This document shows positions 29,098-40,307 of a DNA stretch of 64,000 nt, piece after piece. Source of the DNA: Pelagomonas calceolata (Eukaryota); NCBI GenBank assembly GCA_918797485.1, contig CAKKNE010000005.1:3286001-3350000 (forward strand). The letters run 5' to 3'. The position numbers and the translations under genes were made by a program. The notes below the pieces were generated by a model. That model saw only the letters and a program-made list of their open reading frames with translations. It was not told the DNA's origin and did no database searches. Every line of letters starts with the position of its first letter. Position 1 is the first letter of the stretch.

Positions 29098-31430
29098 TTA
29101 GGCCGCGGCCGGTCGCCGAGGGAATCCCGGCATGATCCGCTCCATGCCGCGCAGCAGCGCCACCCAGAGGAATTGTAACATCCCACCAACCATGATCCGC
29201 ACTCCCAAATAGGACAGCTTCGCGAGGGCGAACAACCCCCGCCGTCCTGATCTAATCTGCCGCGCGACGTGCGACCTGATGAGATGCGCGACGACGCGCC
29301 GCTGCCACCGCTTCTGCCGGTGGCGCAAGCGACGACTGGCGGGTGACGAGGCCCTTCTCAAGCCCTTGGCCGACTGCGCATTTAGTGAAACCACGGATTC
29401 CTCTTCGACATGAGACACTTTCCGTCTTCTAGGAAGTAAAGCCTTCTCCATGGCGCCGGCCACGGACAACGCTGCTCGTCGCCTAACATCTCTACCTGAA
29501 CGACTCACAAGTCGCGCCGCCAAATCCGCCGCGTCGACGTCGCGAATCGCCTTCCGCAACGCCGCGCCAGAAGAACTTCCAACAACGGCCGTCAAGGCCG
29601 CCGACATGTCCGCCTCGGCCTTGGGCTTCCCATCATCGATCACTTCCTCAGATGGCTCGTCTCCAATGAGAGCCAGCAGCGCGTCCCACTTAATTCGATC
29701 ATCATCTGTAAGTAACGACTTACGAAGGGTCTCGACGCCCTCTTTGGACGAAGGAGCTAGCGACCTTCGAAGAGCAAAGGGCAGCGCCATCTCATAAATA
29801 TTAAAATCGGGGTCGACTTGCGCGGCGATGCCTTCCAGCGTGAGGAACGTGCGGATGAGGAGGAGGCAGTAGGGCGGCGTGAACATCTTCCACCTCTTCG
29901 ACAGCTTACCGTTCAATACCTCAGCTAGAGCCCCGAACCGGGAAGTACCTCCTTCCGTAGTAGCCATCGCCTCCCGCAATTCATTCGCGAATTGATCCAA
30001 TCCTCCTGGAGTATCATATAATTCGTACGCTTGCTTCGGGTTCTCCCGGAACTGCAACGGCGTCGTCAGAAACCCAACATCTTGAAACGCTCTTGCCAGC
30101 GACTCGTAGTCCTCGGCCAAACACGCGCGGATCCCCTGCGCGAAGGACTCCATGATGTAGCCGTCGACGCCGGACATGAGTCCAAAATCCAGGAAGACGA
30201 CCTTGCCGTCTTCTCGCAGCATGAGGTTTCCTTCGTGAGGGTCCGCATGCACGTAACCTGTCAACACTAAAGACGCCGTGCACGCTTCTACTGCGAGTTG
30301 GGTCATGAGGGCGCCGTCCTTCACACTCAACGCCTCAAGATGCGCGCCTCGGATCCACTCCGTCGTCAGGACGCGGTTCGTACTGAGTTCAGGTAGGAAC
30401 GTAGGGACGTCGACAAAGCCCAGAAAGTCCAGCGATTCTCGGAATCGATCGGCGTTCAAGGCTTCCAGGTCGTAGTCCAACTCGTCAAAGAGCCCGTCGG
30501 CGACCGTGTCCACGACGTCCCCGATGTCCCCATTATCAAAAGGGCCCTCGCCCTTCAGCTTCCTCTGGAACGACCACCACCTTTCTATTAATTTCCATAC
30601 TACTGCGAAACACGTATAATCAATAGCTACGGTCCGCAGCGCGTCGGGCCGCTGGACCTTGACTGCGACTTCTCTGTTGTCATGGGTCCTCGCCTTATAC
30701 ACTTGGCCGAGGCTCGCGGCGGCCGCCGGCTCTTCGGAAAATGAGGCGAAGAGGCACTCTTTTGCGGGTAGTCCGCCGATGTTCGGGGCCACGTTCGCGG
30801 TGCTGTTGAGCTTGAACTCTACAGCTACGGACTGCAATGCTGCAGCGTTCGAGAATGGTCTATTTTTGGTTTGTAAGCTCTTGAGGGCTTCGCAGGCCTC
30901 CTCTCCGACGAGATCCGGTCGCTGCGAAAGCGTCTGGCCGACTTTGACCGAGACGGGTCCGAGGCCGGCCATGGCGGCGTTAAGCATGGCGCCTCGCGTC
31001 CTCTGGTCTTCCGGTAACGACTCTTGGCTTTCCCAGGCATTTTTCGTGTCCAGGAAGACTCTTGACACGTACGCTAACCGGCCCGCTACCTGTGTGGGAA
31101 TCAACCAGTGTGTCGTGTGCGAGTATCGCGTCGATGGCGTGGAGGTCATGATTGGGCCGTGGGACGAGATGCGCCGCGACATTTGATTTCCACACAGCCC
31201 GCTACCGTCCACGGCCGCTTGGCCAGGAAGCCGAGGATTTTGTCGCGGTCGAAGCGGCCCCTCAAGCCCTCGTACTCTTGGAGTTGTGCGACGTTGAATT
31301 CGCCGAGCTGTTGGACCGCTGTTGAGGCCGGCTTCGGCGCCGTAAGTGTCGTCGTCGACAGCGTTTCAGCGTGCTGCAACACGAGTGCTATGGCCAGCAC
31401 CCAGCACGGCGCTCGCCGGCGGCCAATCAT
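29098..31430 (-). CDS. ABC1/UbiB atypical kinase, probably plastid; exons 31430..31206 and 31089..29098
   Basis: LGPVSVKVGQTLSQRPDL, AAASLGQVYKA, VAVKVQRP, ELDY..EA.N, HADPHEGN, FLDFGLM; the splice gives KRPWT|VAGRLAY. Confidence 0.92.
31082..31205 (-). mobile_element. Introner element 4; GT-AG intron 31205..31090 on the minus strand
   Basis: Perfect TSD (plus-strand CCCGCTAC at 31082-31089 and 31198-31205); TIRs CTGTGTGGAAATCAA and TTGATTCCCACACAG. Confidence 0.93.
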
Positions 31431-31843
31431 ATGTGCAACTCCCAACAGGGCTCCAATAATGCGTTCTCACCACGTCGCAATTATAAATGATGGCCAGCAA
31501 GTCTCGGCGGCGCGCTGCAATGCCGCCAGCCCAGCATCAGTGATTGCAGCCCGTACGAAAGCGACCGTCCGAGACTGCGTTCGTCGAAGCCTCGACCCCT
31601 GCATCGACGGCTCCAGGCGTGGAATTCGATTCAAGCCAAAGGCTCTCGATCAGCCCGGCAAGGCCCTGGGGAGATGCCAAGCCGCTCACGCTATAGTTCT
31701 CACGTTCCTCCACGCGGGGCAGCATCCATCGAGGAACGCACTCCCTCCCACTGATCCACGCGGCTCGCAAGGTCACGCTGCCGCTCGGTGCGCAGTGAGA
31801 GCTGGAGACTTTGGACGCCGGGGTTGGGCAGCATCCAGCATCC

Positions 31844-33364
31844 ATGGTGCCGCCTCTTGCCCTACAGCATGTCGAACAGCAGCTGCAAAGTATTGCTCTA
31901 TCCTCAGCGCGCGCGAGAGAGGATATCGATCGGTTGTTCGACGCTGCCACGGCGCCGGTCGCTCCCGCTGAGTCGGAGGACGCGAGCCTCCCGGACCTCG
32001 CCTCGCCACGCAAGTCGCCGCCGGAACCACTGGGCCTGCACCTGCTGCCCGAGGATCTCGGAGCCATCTGCGTGGGCTACCTGTGCGTCGCAGACGTCGT
32101 GACGTATTCTGCCTGCTCCGAGGCGACGCGGGAGTGGTACGAGTCCGAAGACCCCTGGGAGGGCTTCCTAGAGCCGCTGTGTCTGAAGGATAGCTGGTGG
32201 TTTGGCCTCGTGGGTGACGAGGATGAGCCGTCGGCGCGCGCGCGCGTGCTGCACCACGCATTTAGTCTACGGCTTGCGAAGCGCTTCCTGGCGTCCGCGC
32301 CACTGCTCGCCGGTAACGCCGGGACCGGCGAAGGCCGCGCGACCGCGAGGCCCTTGCTCGCAGCCTGCGCCGCATTGACGGCCACCGAGGCGCTTGCCTT
32401 GCAAAGTGGCCGCGAGCCGCCCACGCTCATCGCCCAGGCCCTGGCCCGCGGCGCGATTAAGCCTCTGCTTTCGCTCGCCACGAATGAGGCGAAGAACTTC
32501 AGCGCACTCGCATGTTGCGTCTTAGCCAATATCATCGCGGTGGCAGAGATACATCAACGCCTCCTTGGAGTTCGCCAGCCTGACATAGTGTACCCACAAG
32601 TTTCCACCTTCCTCGAGGTTCTCGGCGGCCGCGCGGCTCTCCGGAAAATCCTCACGAGCCCGTCCGCAAGCGTCGCACAGACGGCGACGATAACGGACGC
32701 CTTGCGGGTCGATTTGGTCCGCGAGGAAGTGAGCGGGGCCGCGCTCGAAGCGATCCAAGACGCGTCGAGACAGACCTGCCAAGGCAGCGCCTCGAAGCAC
32801 GCCGCGCGCGTCCTGTGCAACTGGGACTATTCAAGGCGGGCGATTGCTAGCCCAGGCGACGACGTGGCTGGCGTGTCGCTGTTCCCCCGCCTCGTCGCGG
32901 CGATCGCGTCGACGGACAAGTGGACAATCTTCAACTACGACGTGGAGAGACTCGTATCCGTGTGTCTGGTTTCCCTGGCGCTCGACGCTGTGGGCAAGAT
33001 AACGGGGGGCGGTACGGACGAACGCTACGTAGGGAGCCGCGAGCAGTTCACGGTCAAGGGAGGCGTAGAACCCAAGACGTCGATGATAGCAATGAGCGCG
33101 TTCTATTCATCGTTCGGACCTTCGAGCGTGGGTCATTATAGTTACTGCCTTTGGGCCGACGGCGTCGACGACAACATCGATGGCTTCTTTGGTATCTGGG
33201 AGCAGGCGTCGCACGACCCGCATTTCGAGCTGCGGCGTGGTGGACACTGTCGATGTGTCCCCGGCGATCTGACGCCTATGTTGGGGGGATCAGAGCACGA
33301 ACGCGAGCGCCGGATTGCGGAGAACGACGCGTTCCTCGCGTCGATACGTCCCGGGGTTGTATAA
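31844..33364 (+). CDS. Hypothetical protein with F-box-like motif and ARM-like repeats
   Basis: LHLLPEDLGAICVGYL...YSACS...W (F-box-like); GAIKPLLSL...ACCVLANI (ARM-like). Confidence 0.55.
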   Translation: MVPPLALQHVEQQLQSIALSSARAREDIDRLFDAATAPVAPAESEDASLPDLASPRKSPPEPLGLHLLPEDLGAICVGYLCVADVVTYSACSEATREWYESEDPWEGFLEPLCLKDSWWFGLVGDEDEPSARARVLHHAFSLRLAKRFLASAPLLAGNAGTGEGRATARPLLAACAALTATEALALQSGREPPTLIAQALARGAIKPLLSLATNEAKNFSALACCVLANIIAVAEIHQRLLGVRQPDIVYPQVSTFLEVLGGRAALRKILTSPSASVAQTATITDALRVDLVREEVSGAALEAIQDASRQTCQGSASKHAARVLCNWDYSRRAIASPGDDVAGVSLFPRLVAAIASTDKWTIFNYDVERLVSVCLVSLALDAVGKITGGGTDERYVGSREQFTVKGGVEPKTSMIAMSAFYSSFGPSSVGHYSYCLWADGVDDNIDGFFGIWEQASHDPHFELRRGGHCRCVPGDLTPMLGGSEHERERRIAENDAFLASIRPGVV

Positions 33365-33375
33365 TAACTAGATAA

Positions 33376-34485
33376 TTACCCCCGCTTCCGCCGCTCCGAC
33401 TGCTCCGGCGGCCGCTGCCGCGGGACCAGGCGCCACCGGTTCGCGTTGTCGTCGTCGAGCTGGACGCGTGTTATGGAACCGTCGACGTCCCACTTCACCG
33501 AGTAGAAGCCGGGCGCCACGCGTTCCACAACTTCACAATCCCACCAGCCGTCCTCCTCGGTCCAGAAGAAACTGATTCTATCTCCAGATCGAGGCAAGGG
33601 CGCGCGCGGCGCACTATCCCCAAACACGCCGTCCAAGGCGACTTTGGCGCTTAATTCCGACTCCGTCTTCCCCAGGAAATTGTCTAGTATGGTAAACCGC
33701 TCGAAGGCGTCCGTTGCTGCTAAGCAGGCAGCCTCCTCGGCTCTCGGTAACGTAGTTAAGGCTAACAAAAGGAACCCGGCCCTTTCTCTCCGTTCTTCGT
33801 CGGACCACTCGTTGAAATTCTCCAAAGCTAGATCTTCAAAGGCCTTGATCCTAAACATAAACGACTCCAGGACCTCTTGCGCCTGGTCGGCAAACACGCC
33901 CTTGCCCTCGAGTTTTGCTGACAGTTCTGCGACGCGTCGGGCCTTGGCAAAACATTGATTTTCCAGCGTCTGGACCTCGATGTCATTCTTGGCGGACTTG
34001 TCATCCAGCAGAGGCTGCACTCGAGCCGTGCTGAACGGTATCGTCGAGACGGTATCCAAGACAATACCTCGTCCTTCACATTTCACGGTAACCCGGTACG
34101 GCGGAGATTCTAGAGAAGCAAACTGCGGGTCGTTCGGGTCGCCCTCCGTGACCTGTAAAATCAAGCAGACGACGCCGATCGACCCTTCGAGCGTCTCACC
34201 TTTCTTGACGACGTGGAAGAACTGGGGCACACCATCGAGCAACGCCGCGTCGACGAGTCGTCGATGGAGCGCACTCGTGAACTGGTACGTCACTCTGGCA
34301 TCGTCGAACGGGATCGGGAACAAAGCATCAGCACCCTCGAACACGGGAAATGTGGGCCACTCGTCGCTGGCGACGGGCGTGCTGTGCAGTTTTTGCGTTT
34401 TGGTGCATCGCTGCGATGGCGTGAAGGCCGTGGCGCAGCGCGCTGCACTGGCTGCAAGCACTGTAGAGAGAGTGTGGCGGCGCAT
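33376..34485 (-). CDS. Plastid-targeted LON substrate-binding-domain-like protein with C-terminal Tudor-like domain
   Basis: ATAF targeting motif; FPVF...LFP...YQF....R.LV; CLAATDAFERFTIL; C-terminal GDRISFFW..DGWWDCEV...YSVKWD.DG. Confidence 0.6.
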   Translation of the reverse strand: MRRHTLSTVLAASAARCATAFTPSQRCTKTQKLHSTPVASDEWPTFPVFEGADALFPIPFDDARVTYQFTSALHRRLVDAALLDGVPQFFHVVKKGETLEGSIGVVCLILQVTEGDPNDPQFASLESPPYRVTVKCEGRGIVLDTVSTIPFSTARVQPLLDDKSAKNDIEVQTLENQCFAKARRVAELSAKLEGKGVFADQAQEVLESFMFRIKAFEDLALENFNEWSDEERRERAGFLLLALTTLPRAEEAACLAATDAFERFTILDNFLGKTESELSAKVALDGVFGDSAPRAPLPRSGDRISFFWTEEDGWWDCEVVERVAPGFYSVKWDVDGSITRVQLDDDNANRWRLVPRQRPPEQSERRKRG

Positions 34486-34898
34486 TGCGCTGCAGTTGTG
34501 GGCCCAGCCGCACGGGGCGCTAGCAAAGGGGTGCTGGACGACCGCACGTCCACGGATTTTGCGCTGCAGCCGAGTAGGGCGCGACAAAGAGGTGTGCACC
34601 GAGCTGACTAGTATGTTAGACGCTAGGCCTCTCGACCGGCGCTGGCGTTTTTAGGGCCTGTGCTCGGGCCGACGTGGCCGTGACGCTGCATTGACGTGAT
34701 CTAGGGAGCGTCAACAGCCCAGCAACGGCCGCGGACACTCAATTTCTACGCAGGAACCCTGGCAACGCCCTGAAAACGCGACAACGTATTTGAAACCAGT
34801 GCGGACGCCGGCGCCGTGAGCGCCGCAGCCAGGATTCAAAGAACGCCAGCGCACGACGCACGACAGTCCTCGTCGACGCCAGCGCGCACGACGCAGAA

Positions 34899-36626
34899 AT
34901 GGCCCAGTTCACCCTCGACCCCGAGGCGTTAGCGGGCAAGTACGAAGCGCTACGGGAGGATGTGCAGGGCGACCGCGACGTCATGCACAAGCGCATAGCC
35001 ACGCTCGAAGAGCTGAATAAGGAGGCCCACCGCAAGTACGCCGAGCTCCAGAAGAAGGCTCATGAATTACAACAGCAGGTCGTCTTCGCGAAGGCTGGTG
35101 TTCCTACATCCAGTAAAGGCATTCCGATGATGACCGCGACGAAAGCCCCCCTCCAGAACGTCGAGAACGTCCCGTCCGGCGAAAATATCCCATCGTTGAA
35201 GCGGGAGACCCTCGCGTCGCCGTCTTCGGAAGCGATGCAGCAGACGGTCCACGTCCTGGCGGAGACCGAGGTCGCGCTCCAGGAGGCGCGCCAGGAGCAC
35301 GAATTGTCCACCCAAGCTCATCAGTTGGAAGTCGATAATTTGCTCGATGCCCTGGAAAAGAAGGATAGGGAGCTGCGGGAACAGGATGTCAGGATTGAAA
35401 CGTTGCTGGCTTTCGTGCCGGACAAGGACGTGGCCATGGTCTTCGACGGCTCGGATAAGCCGCCCACCGTGCATGATCTCGATGCGGATCTCGATGCGAT
35501 TGCGGATGGTACCGTATCACCGAGACACGTGGGTAGACCAGTGATAGTAGCGCGGTTCCCGCAGAAGAGCGCGGAGCCGTCGTCGATGGATATTCGGGGC
35601 GGTCGCGGTGAAATGATAGAGGCGCCTGATGAAGCCATCGCGAACGCGCCGCATAAACCGCGGCCGCGGGCCGAAAAAGAGTGGCGCGCGGCAGCTGAAA
35701 GAAGGCGGAAGGAAGCCGCGGCGCAGGAGGCGCCGGAACGCGCCCAGGAGTCTGCCGTAGAGGAAACGAAGGAGGTCGTCAAGCAGGAAACTACAAGGGA
35801 GGTGGTCAAGGAGGACGCGACTGTGACTCGTGAGGAGGCGCCGACGCAACAAGCGCCTCCTACGAAGCAAGAACCGACGAAGAAGAAGACGGCGTCGCGG
35901 TGGGGCGGCGCGGTCAAACAGATCGCCGAGAACCGAAGAAAAGCTATCGAGGCCGCGCACGAAGATGCGCTGAGAAAGCGCGACAAGCAGCTCGAGGAGC
36001 TTCGTGGGGAAATTGAGAAACTGACGGAGGACAATAAAGCGAAGGACGAGCGGTTGTATGCTGCGGCTCGGGACGTGGTCGATGCCAAACGCGAGTCGGT
36101 CGACGCGCGCGCTCGGCTCGGACGGGCGGAACTAGATCTAGCGGTAGCTCATCGAGCAACTCGAAGCGAGTCGGTGAATCTGAGGCAGAGGTACGAAAGG
36201 GAAGCCCAGCAGGCTCGATTGGCTCTGCAGGCGGAGATTCGGGGAGCTACCGTGGAGATACGGGAAGATAGAGATGCTGCTTTGAAACGGTTAGAACATG
36301 TTGAGAGTTTACTAAAGGCGCAGGGCGGGTCCGAGAACAAACAGTTAGTAGCGACGAAGCGGGCCAACAAGGTGCTGATGAAGCGCGTCGAGAACGTCAA
36401 CATGTTGCGGAAGAAAGAAAAGGCGGGGTTTGCACAGGCTTCTGCGGAGCTCAAGAAGGAGATCGAGAAACTGCAGAAGGCCCTCAAGAAGGCTACCCAA
36501 CCGCAGAAGGAGAACAATCCTCAGGCGGTCCTGAAGGCGCGGAGGAAGAGCAAGGCGCTCGAGGAGGCGCGGAAGTACTCGTTCGCGGGGCGGCCCGAGC
36601 CGTCGCAGTGGTACCCGCGCGGTTGA
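34899..36626 (+). CDS. Coiled-coil protein of unknown function
   Basis: 575-aa ATG ORF rich in E/K/R/A heptads. Confidence 0.7.
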   Translation: MAQFTLDPEALAGKYEALREDVQGDRDVMHKRIATLEELNKEAHRKYAELQKKAHELQQQVVFAKAGVPTSSKGIPMMTATKAPLQNVENVPSGENIPSLKRETLASPSSEAMQQTVHVLAETEVALQEARQEHELSTQAHQLEVDNLLDALEKKDRELREQDVRIETLLAFVPDKDVAMVFDGSDKPPTVHDLDADLDAIADGTVSPRHVGRPVIVARFPQKSAEPSSMDIRGGRGEMIEAPDEAIANAPHKPRPRAEKEWRAAAERRRKEAAAQEAPERAQESAVEETKEVVKQETTREVVKEDATVTREEAPTQQAPPTKQEPTKKKTASRWGGAVKQIAENRRKAIEAAHEDALRKRDKQLEELRGEIEKLTEDNKAKDERLYAAARDVVDAKRESVDARARLGRAELDLAVAHRATRSESVNLRQRYEREAQQARLALQAEIRGATVEIREDRDAALKRLEHVESLLKAQGGSENKQLVATKRANKVLMKRVENVNMLRKKEKAGFAQASAELKKEIEKLQKALKKATQPQKENNPQAVLKARRKSKALEEARKYSFAGRPEPSQWYPRG

Positions 36627-36771
36627 GTCTAGTAGCGAGTAATTTCGGTGAGTTCTAGTAGCGAGTATTTTTACACGAGCGACGCGACGGGACGATGGGG
36701 GTTCGATGTAAACAACACACACACGATGGTAGACACGCTGTCGCCGCGACGGCGTGCCGGTGGGGTAGAGC

Positions 36772-37785
36772 CTACTTCTTTTGTGGCGGAGGACACCAGA
36801 GGCTCAGCGCGATGCCGCCGCCGAGCGTCGCGACGATGACCCCTAAACTCCACGACGTCGGTACGTGGATATGATAGTACTCCGCGAGCATTTTGAGGCC
36901 GACGAAGCCCAAGATCAACGCCACGGCCGGTCTCAAGTAAGGTAAGCCCGCGATAGCCGCTGATAAAACCTGGTACAAGGACCGTAGCGCCGCAATGGCG
37001 AAGATGTTTGAGCTATAAACGATGAAGGGGTCCTTCGTGATCGCGAGTACTGCTGGGATGGAGTCGACCGCAAACACAAAGTCGGATAGCTCGATGCACA
37101 CTACACACAGCAACAAGGGTGTAGCTGCACGACTACCATCCCTTAACTTCGTGAAGAACTTGTCCCCATCATAATACTCTACGGACTTCGTCACCGCTTT
37201 CGATAACCTTACGAGGGAGTTGTTGCCCATTTCCTCGTCGTCGTGATCGCCCTCTGTTAGTAATTTCGCGGCCGAGGCGAGCAACACCCCCGCAAACAAC
37301 AAAGTCACGACTCGGAACCGTTGCACTAACTCGACACCCACGAGAATCATGACGCCTCGCATCAACAGGGCACCGATGATGCCCCACCTTAGTGCTTTCT
37401 CCTGCATGGATGCCGGGACCCGAAAGTACTCAAACAGCAAAATGAACACGAACAAGTTGTCCACGCTCAGCGATTGTTCGACTAGGTACCCCGCGAAGAA
37501 CTCCATCGCGACCTCCTTGCCTCTGGTAACTGCGACGCCGACGCCAAACGCGCAGGCGCTTAATATAACACCGATGGTCGTGATCACGGCCTGGCGCATC
37601 TCGGCGTCGCTTGCCTTGGCGATGGTGCCGCCGCTGACACATAGTGCTGTGTTGTCTATTGGTTTTGCGGCGGCGCGGCCGGTGACCGGCTTTAACGCGA
37701 GCGGCTTGGCGCGCTGTTGCGGGCGGGCCGCGACGTGCGCCAGGAGCAGCGCGCAGGCGAGGCGCATCGTCCTGTGCCTGGGCAT
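36772..37785 (-). CDS. TERC: TerC-family membrane protein (thylakoid TerC-like)
   Basis: EFFAGYLVEQSLSVDNLFVF, IELSDFVFAVDSIPAV, SSNIFAIAALRSLY; N-terminal signal peptide. Confidence 0.92.
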   Translation of the reverse strand: MPRHRTMRLACALLLAHVAARPQQRAKPLALKPVTGRAAAKPIDNTALCVSGGTIAKASDAEMRQAVITTIGVILSACAFGVGVAVTRGKEVAMEFFAGYLVEQSLSVDNLFVFILLFEYFRVPASMQEKALRWGIIGALLMRGVMILVGVELVQRFRVVTLLFAGVLLASAAKLLTEGDHDDEEMGNNSLVRLSKAVTKSVEYYDGDKFFTKLRDGSRAATPLLLCVVCIELSDFVFAVDSIPAVLAITKDPFIVYSSNIFAIAALRSLYQVLSAAIAGLPYLRPAVALILGFVGLKMLAEYYHIHVPTSWSLGVIVATLGGGIALSLWCPPPQKK

Positions 37786-38070
37786 CTTGCTAGTTTGCTG
37801 CTATCTTGCTGTTGAGTGCAATGCTGCTATGTTCAAATTTGCTGGCAGCGCAGTTCTATGAGCTGTGGCGTCTCCGAGTCGACGAGAGCACGACAGCGTC
37901 AAGATATGGGCAGGGTGGCAGGTTAAGCGCTATAACTCCTCACCACTCGTCACTTTTTCATCAAAATATTCCTAGCGGCCTTATGCCGCTAGCTGATTAG
38001 TTTTGCCACTCCGCTCCGTCCTGCAACTGTGCCAGCGAGGCAAGGAGGGCCGTAGAAGTCATAAAAACAT

Positions 38071-40020
38071 ATGCGGCGGCGAGCACTGATGCTGCTCTTT
38101 GCGAGCAGCGCCAGGGCGCTGCTGCGCGCCGGCGCACCGGTAGGACGGCTGGCGCGCCGCGCTGCGAGCACCGCCGACGAGCAACTCGTAGCTGTCAAGG
38201 TCACCATCGACCAGAGGTTGAGAGACGCCCTGCGCCTGCCCGGCAAGCAGCGCCGACCGCGCTGTTTTGTCAGAGACAAAGACGAAGCGACGCTAAGAGA
38301 CGCTATTGAACAGAAGGTTCCTTCATTAAAACTGCAGGACTACGCCATCCGACACGAGGATGATACTGTGGTCGTCGAGCCAAGAGGCCCACTCCTCACA
38401 ACTACAGACAAAGAGCCGGAGGTGGTCACTTCCGATAAATACGCCATGGTGTCGTGGTACCACTTCTTCACCGGTAAACACGACGCAGAAGCATTAGTCA
38501 GGACGCTCCAGGCGACCTGGTCCCAAATGGGCGTCCTCGGCCGGGCTTATGTGGCAAATGAAGGCGTCAACGCGCAGCTCTGCGTGCCCGATACCCACGT
38601 GGACACGTACAAGGAGCACCACGCCCGGCTCTTCGACAAACTTGAAGAAGAAGCGCCTTCATTAAACTTCGACGGCACGGTAGAAAAGGAAGAAACGATG
38701 CCGTTCCGCGCGCTGAAGGTTCGGACCAGGGATTATGTGGTCGCGGACGACGGCGTCGGCGCCGATTTAGATTTGCAGGATCCCGGTGTTGATCTGGAGC
38801 CGTCGACGTGGCACGAACAGTTAGGAGGCGACTTCGGCGACAATAATACGTCTACAAACACCATCTTAGATGTGCGCAACCACTACGAGAGCGCCGTGGG
38901 TTCCTTCGCCGGCGCGACGCCGCTAAATACGGAGACCTTCAAGGACACCTACCAAGCGCTCGACGCGGCCCTGGCCGCGAAGCCGAAAAGCGAGCCCGTC
39001 TACATGTTCTGCACGGGCGGCATCCGGTGTGTGAAGGCCGGCGCCTACGTCAAACAAAAGCTCGGGTTTAGCGATGTCCGGCGACTGAAAGGGGGCGTCG
39101 TCAACTACACTCAACAACTCTCCGAGACGAACCTCGAGGAGACGTCGCGGTTCCGGGGCGTCAATTACGTGTTTAATGATCGCGTGGGAGAAAGGGTGAC
39201 GGCGCCTCCAGTACCAGATGGCGAGGTCCTCGATTCAAGAGCCGCGGAAGCGTTGGTGGCCGTGCATGATTCAACAGATGAGGATGCACAGATCGTGCAC
39301 CCCGCGGACGCGTACGCCGTCTCGTTATCCGGCCCGGAGCACCCTCTCATCGAGAGATGTAGGTTGGATGCTTCCGCAAGGTACCCGGCGGCGGCCCACA
39401 TGTGCTCGGGGCCGACGCAGGGCAAATTGCTCGCGACGCTCTGTAAACTAAGGGGCGCGGCCCGCGTTCTGGAGCTCGGCACGTTCTGCGGCTACGGGAC
39501 GCTCTGGCTCAGCAGCGCGTCGAAGGAAGTCATTACGGTGGACCGGGACGAGCGCGCCGCGAACGTTGCAAAGGAGCATTTTCGAGATGTACCTGCGGAC
39601 TGGGGTGCCGTGCGGCAGGTCGTCGCCGATCGCGGCCAGTACCTTGAGAACTGCAAAGACGGCCCCTTCGATTTGGTGTACGTCGACTGCGACAAGAAGG
39701 GCTACGCCGCGGTCTTCGACGCCTTGCTGGATACGCCGGGCCTCTTGTCCTCAAATGCGTGCCTCGTCTTTGACAACACGCTCTGGAAGGGCCGCGTGGC
39801 CGAGGGCACGACTGGTATGAGTCCAAGCGAAGAGGAGGCCATCCTTGCCGAAGCGGAGTTGAATGGAGACGACCCGAAGCGGGCGCTCAAGGCCGCGCGG
39901 CGCGACCGGGCCGTGGCGCAGGCGCTCCACGAGTTCAACGTCAAGCTCCGGAAGGATACGCGCGTGGACCCGCTCGTGCTGCCGCTGCGGGACGGGCTGA
40001 CCGTCGCGACCCTTACGTAA
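38071..40020 (+). CDS. Fusion of a TrhO/UPF0176 rhodanese-like tRNA U34 hydroxylase and a CCoAOMT/TrmR-family O-methyltransferase
   Basis: LGRAYVANEGVNAQL, ILDVRNHYESAVGSF, MFCTGGIRCVKA, LKGGVVNY, FRGVNYVFNDRV; then QGKLL...RVLELGTFCGYG, FDLVYVDCDKKGY, DNTLWKGRV, LPLRDGLT. One continuous ORF. Confidence 0.88.
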   Translation: MRRRALMLLFASSARALLRAGAPVGRLARRAASTADEQLVAVKVTIDQRLRDALRLPGKQRRPRCFVRDKDEATLRDAIEQKVPSLKLQDYAIRHEDDTVVVEPRGPLLTTTDKEPEVVTSDKYAMVSWYHFFTGKHDAEALVRTLQATWSQMGVLGRAYVANEGVNAQLCVPDTHVDTYKEHHARLFDKLEEEAPSLNFDGTVEKEETMPFRALKVRTRDYVVADDGVGADLDLQDPGVDLEPSTWHEQLGGDFGDNNTSTNTILDVRNHYESAVGSFAGATPLNTETFKDTYQALDAALAAKPKSEPVYMFCTGGIRCVKAGAYVKQKLGFSDVRRLKGGVVNYTQQLSETNLEETSRFRGVNYVFNDRVGERVTAPPVPDGEVLDSRAAEALVAVHDSTDEDAQIVHPADAYAVSLSGPEHPLIERCRLDASARYPAAAHMCSGPTQGKLLATLCKLRGAARVLELGTFCGYGTLWLSSASKEVITVDRDERAANVAKEHFRDVPADWGAVRQVVADRGQYLENCKDGPFDLVYVDCDKKGYAAVFDALLDTPGLLSSNACLVFDNTLWKGRVAEGTTGMSPSEEEAILAEAELNGDDPKRALKAARRDRAVAQALHEFNVKLRKDTRVDPLVLPLRDGLTVATLT

Positions 40021-40307
40021 TCGTCTATTTGTGTGCATCCGTCTCCGGGCGCGGGATGGGCGCGGGCCGCGTCTTTCGTAATCTGGGTAGACCGCCTCGG
40101 CAAATCCCCTGACCCGTGCGCATCATTCGCCCTGTCGACCAACGTGTCGCACGACTTGCGCGCGCCGCGCGGTCTGCGTGCGGGCAGCTCTCTCAGCCAG
40201 AGCACCCATGATTCCAGCGCTAAATGCGTGAGGTAGACACGAAGGAAGATCGCCATCATCAAGGAATCGGCCCGGGGGCTATCACATTAGCGCAAGAGTG
40301 CGGCAGC

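Noticed and set aside
36624..36667. Short tandem duplication TGAGT(T)CTAGTAGCGAGTA after a stop codon
   Set aside because: Two copies only; most likely a local duplication with no evidence of function.
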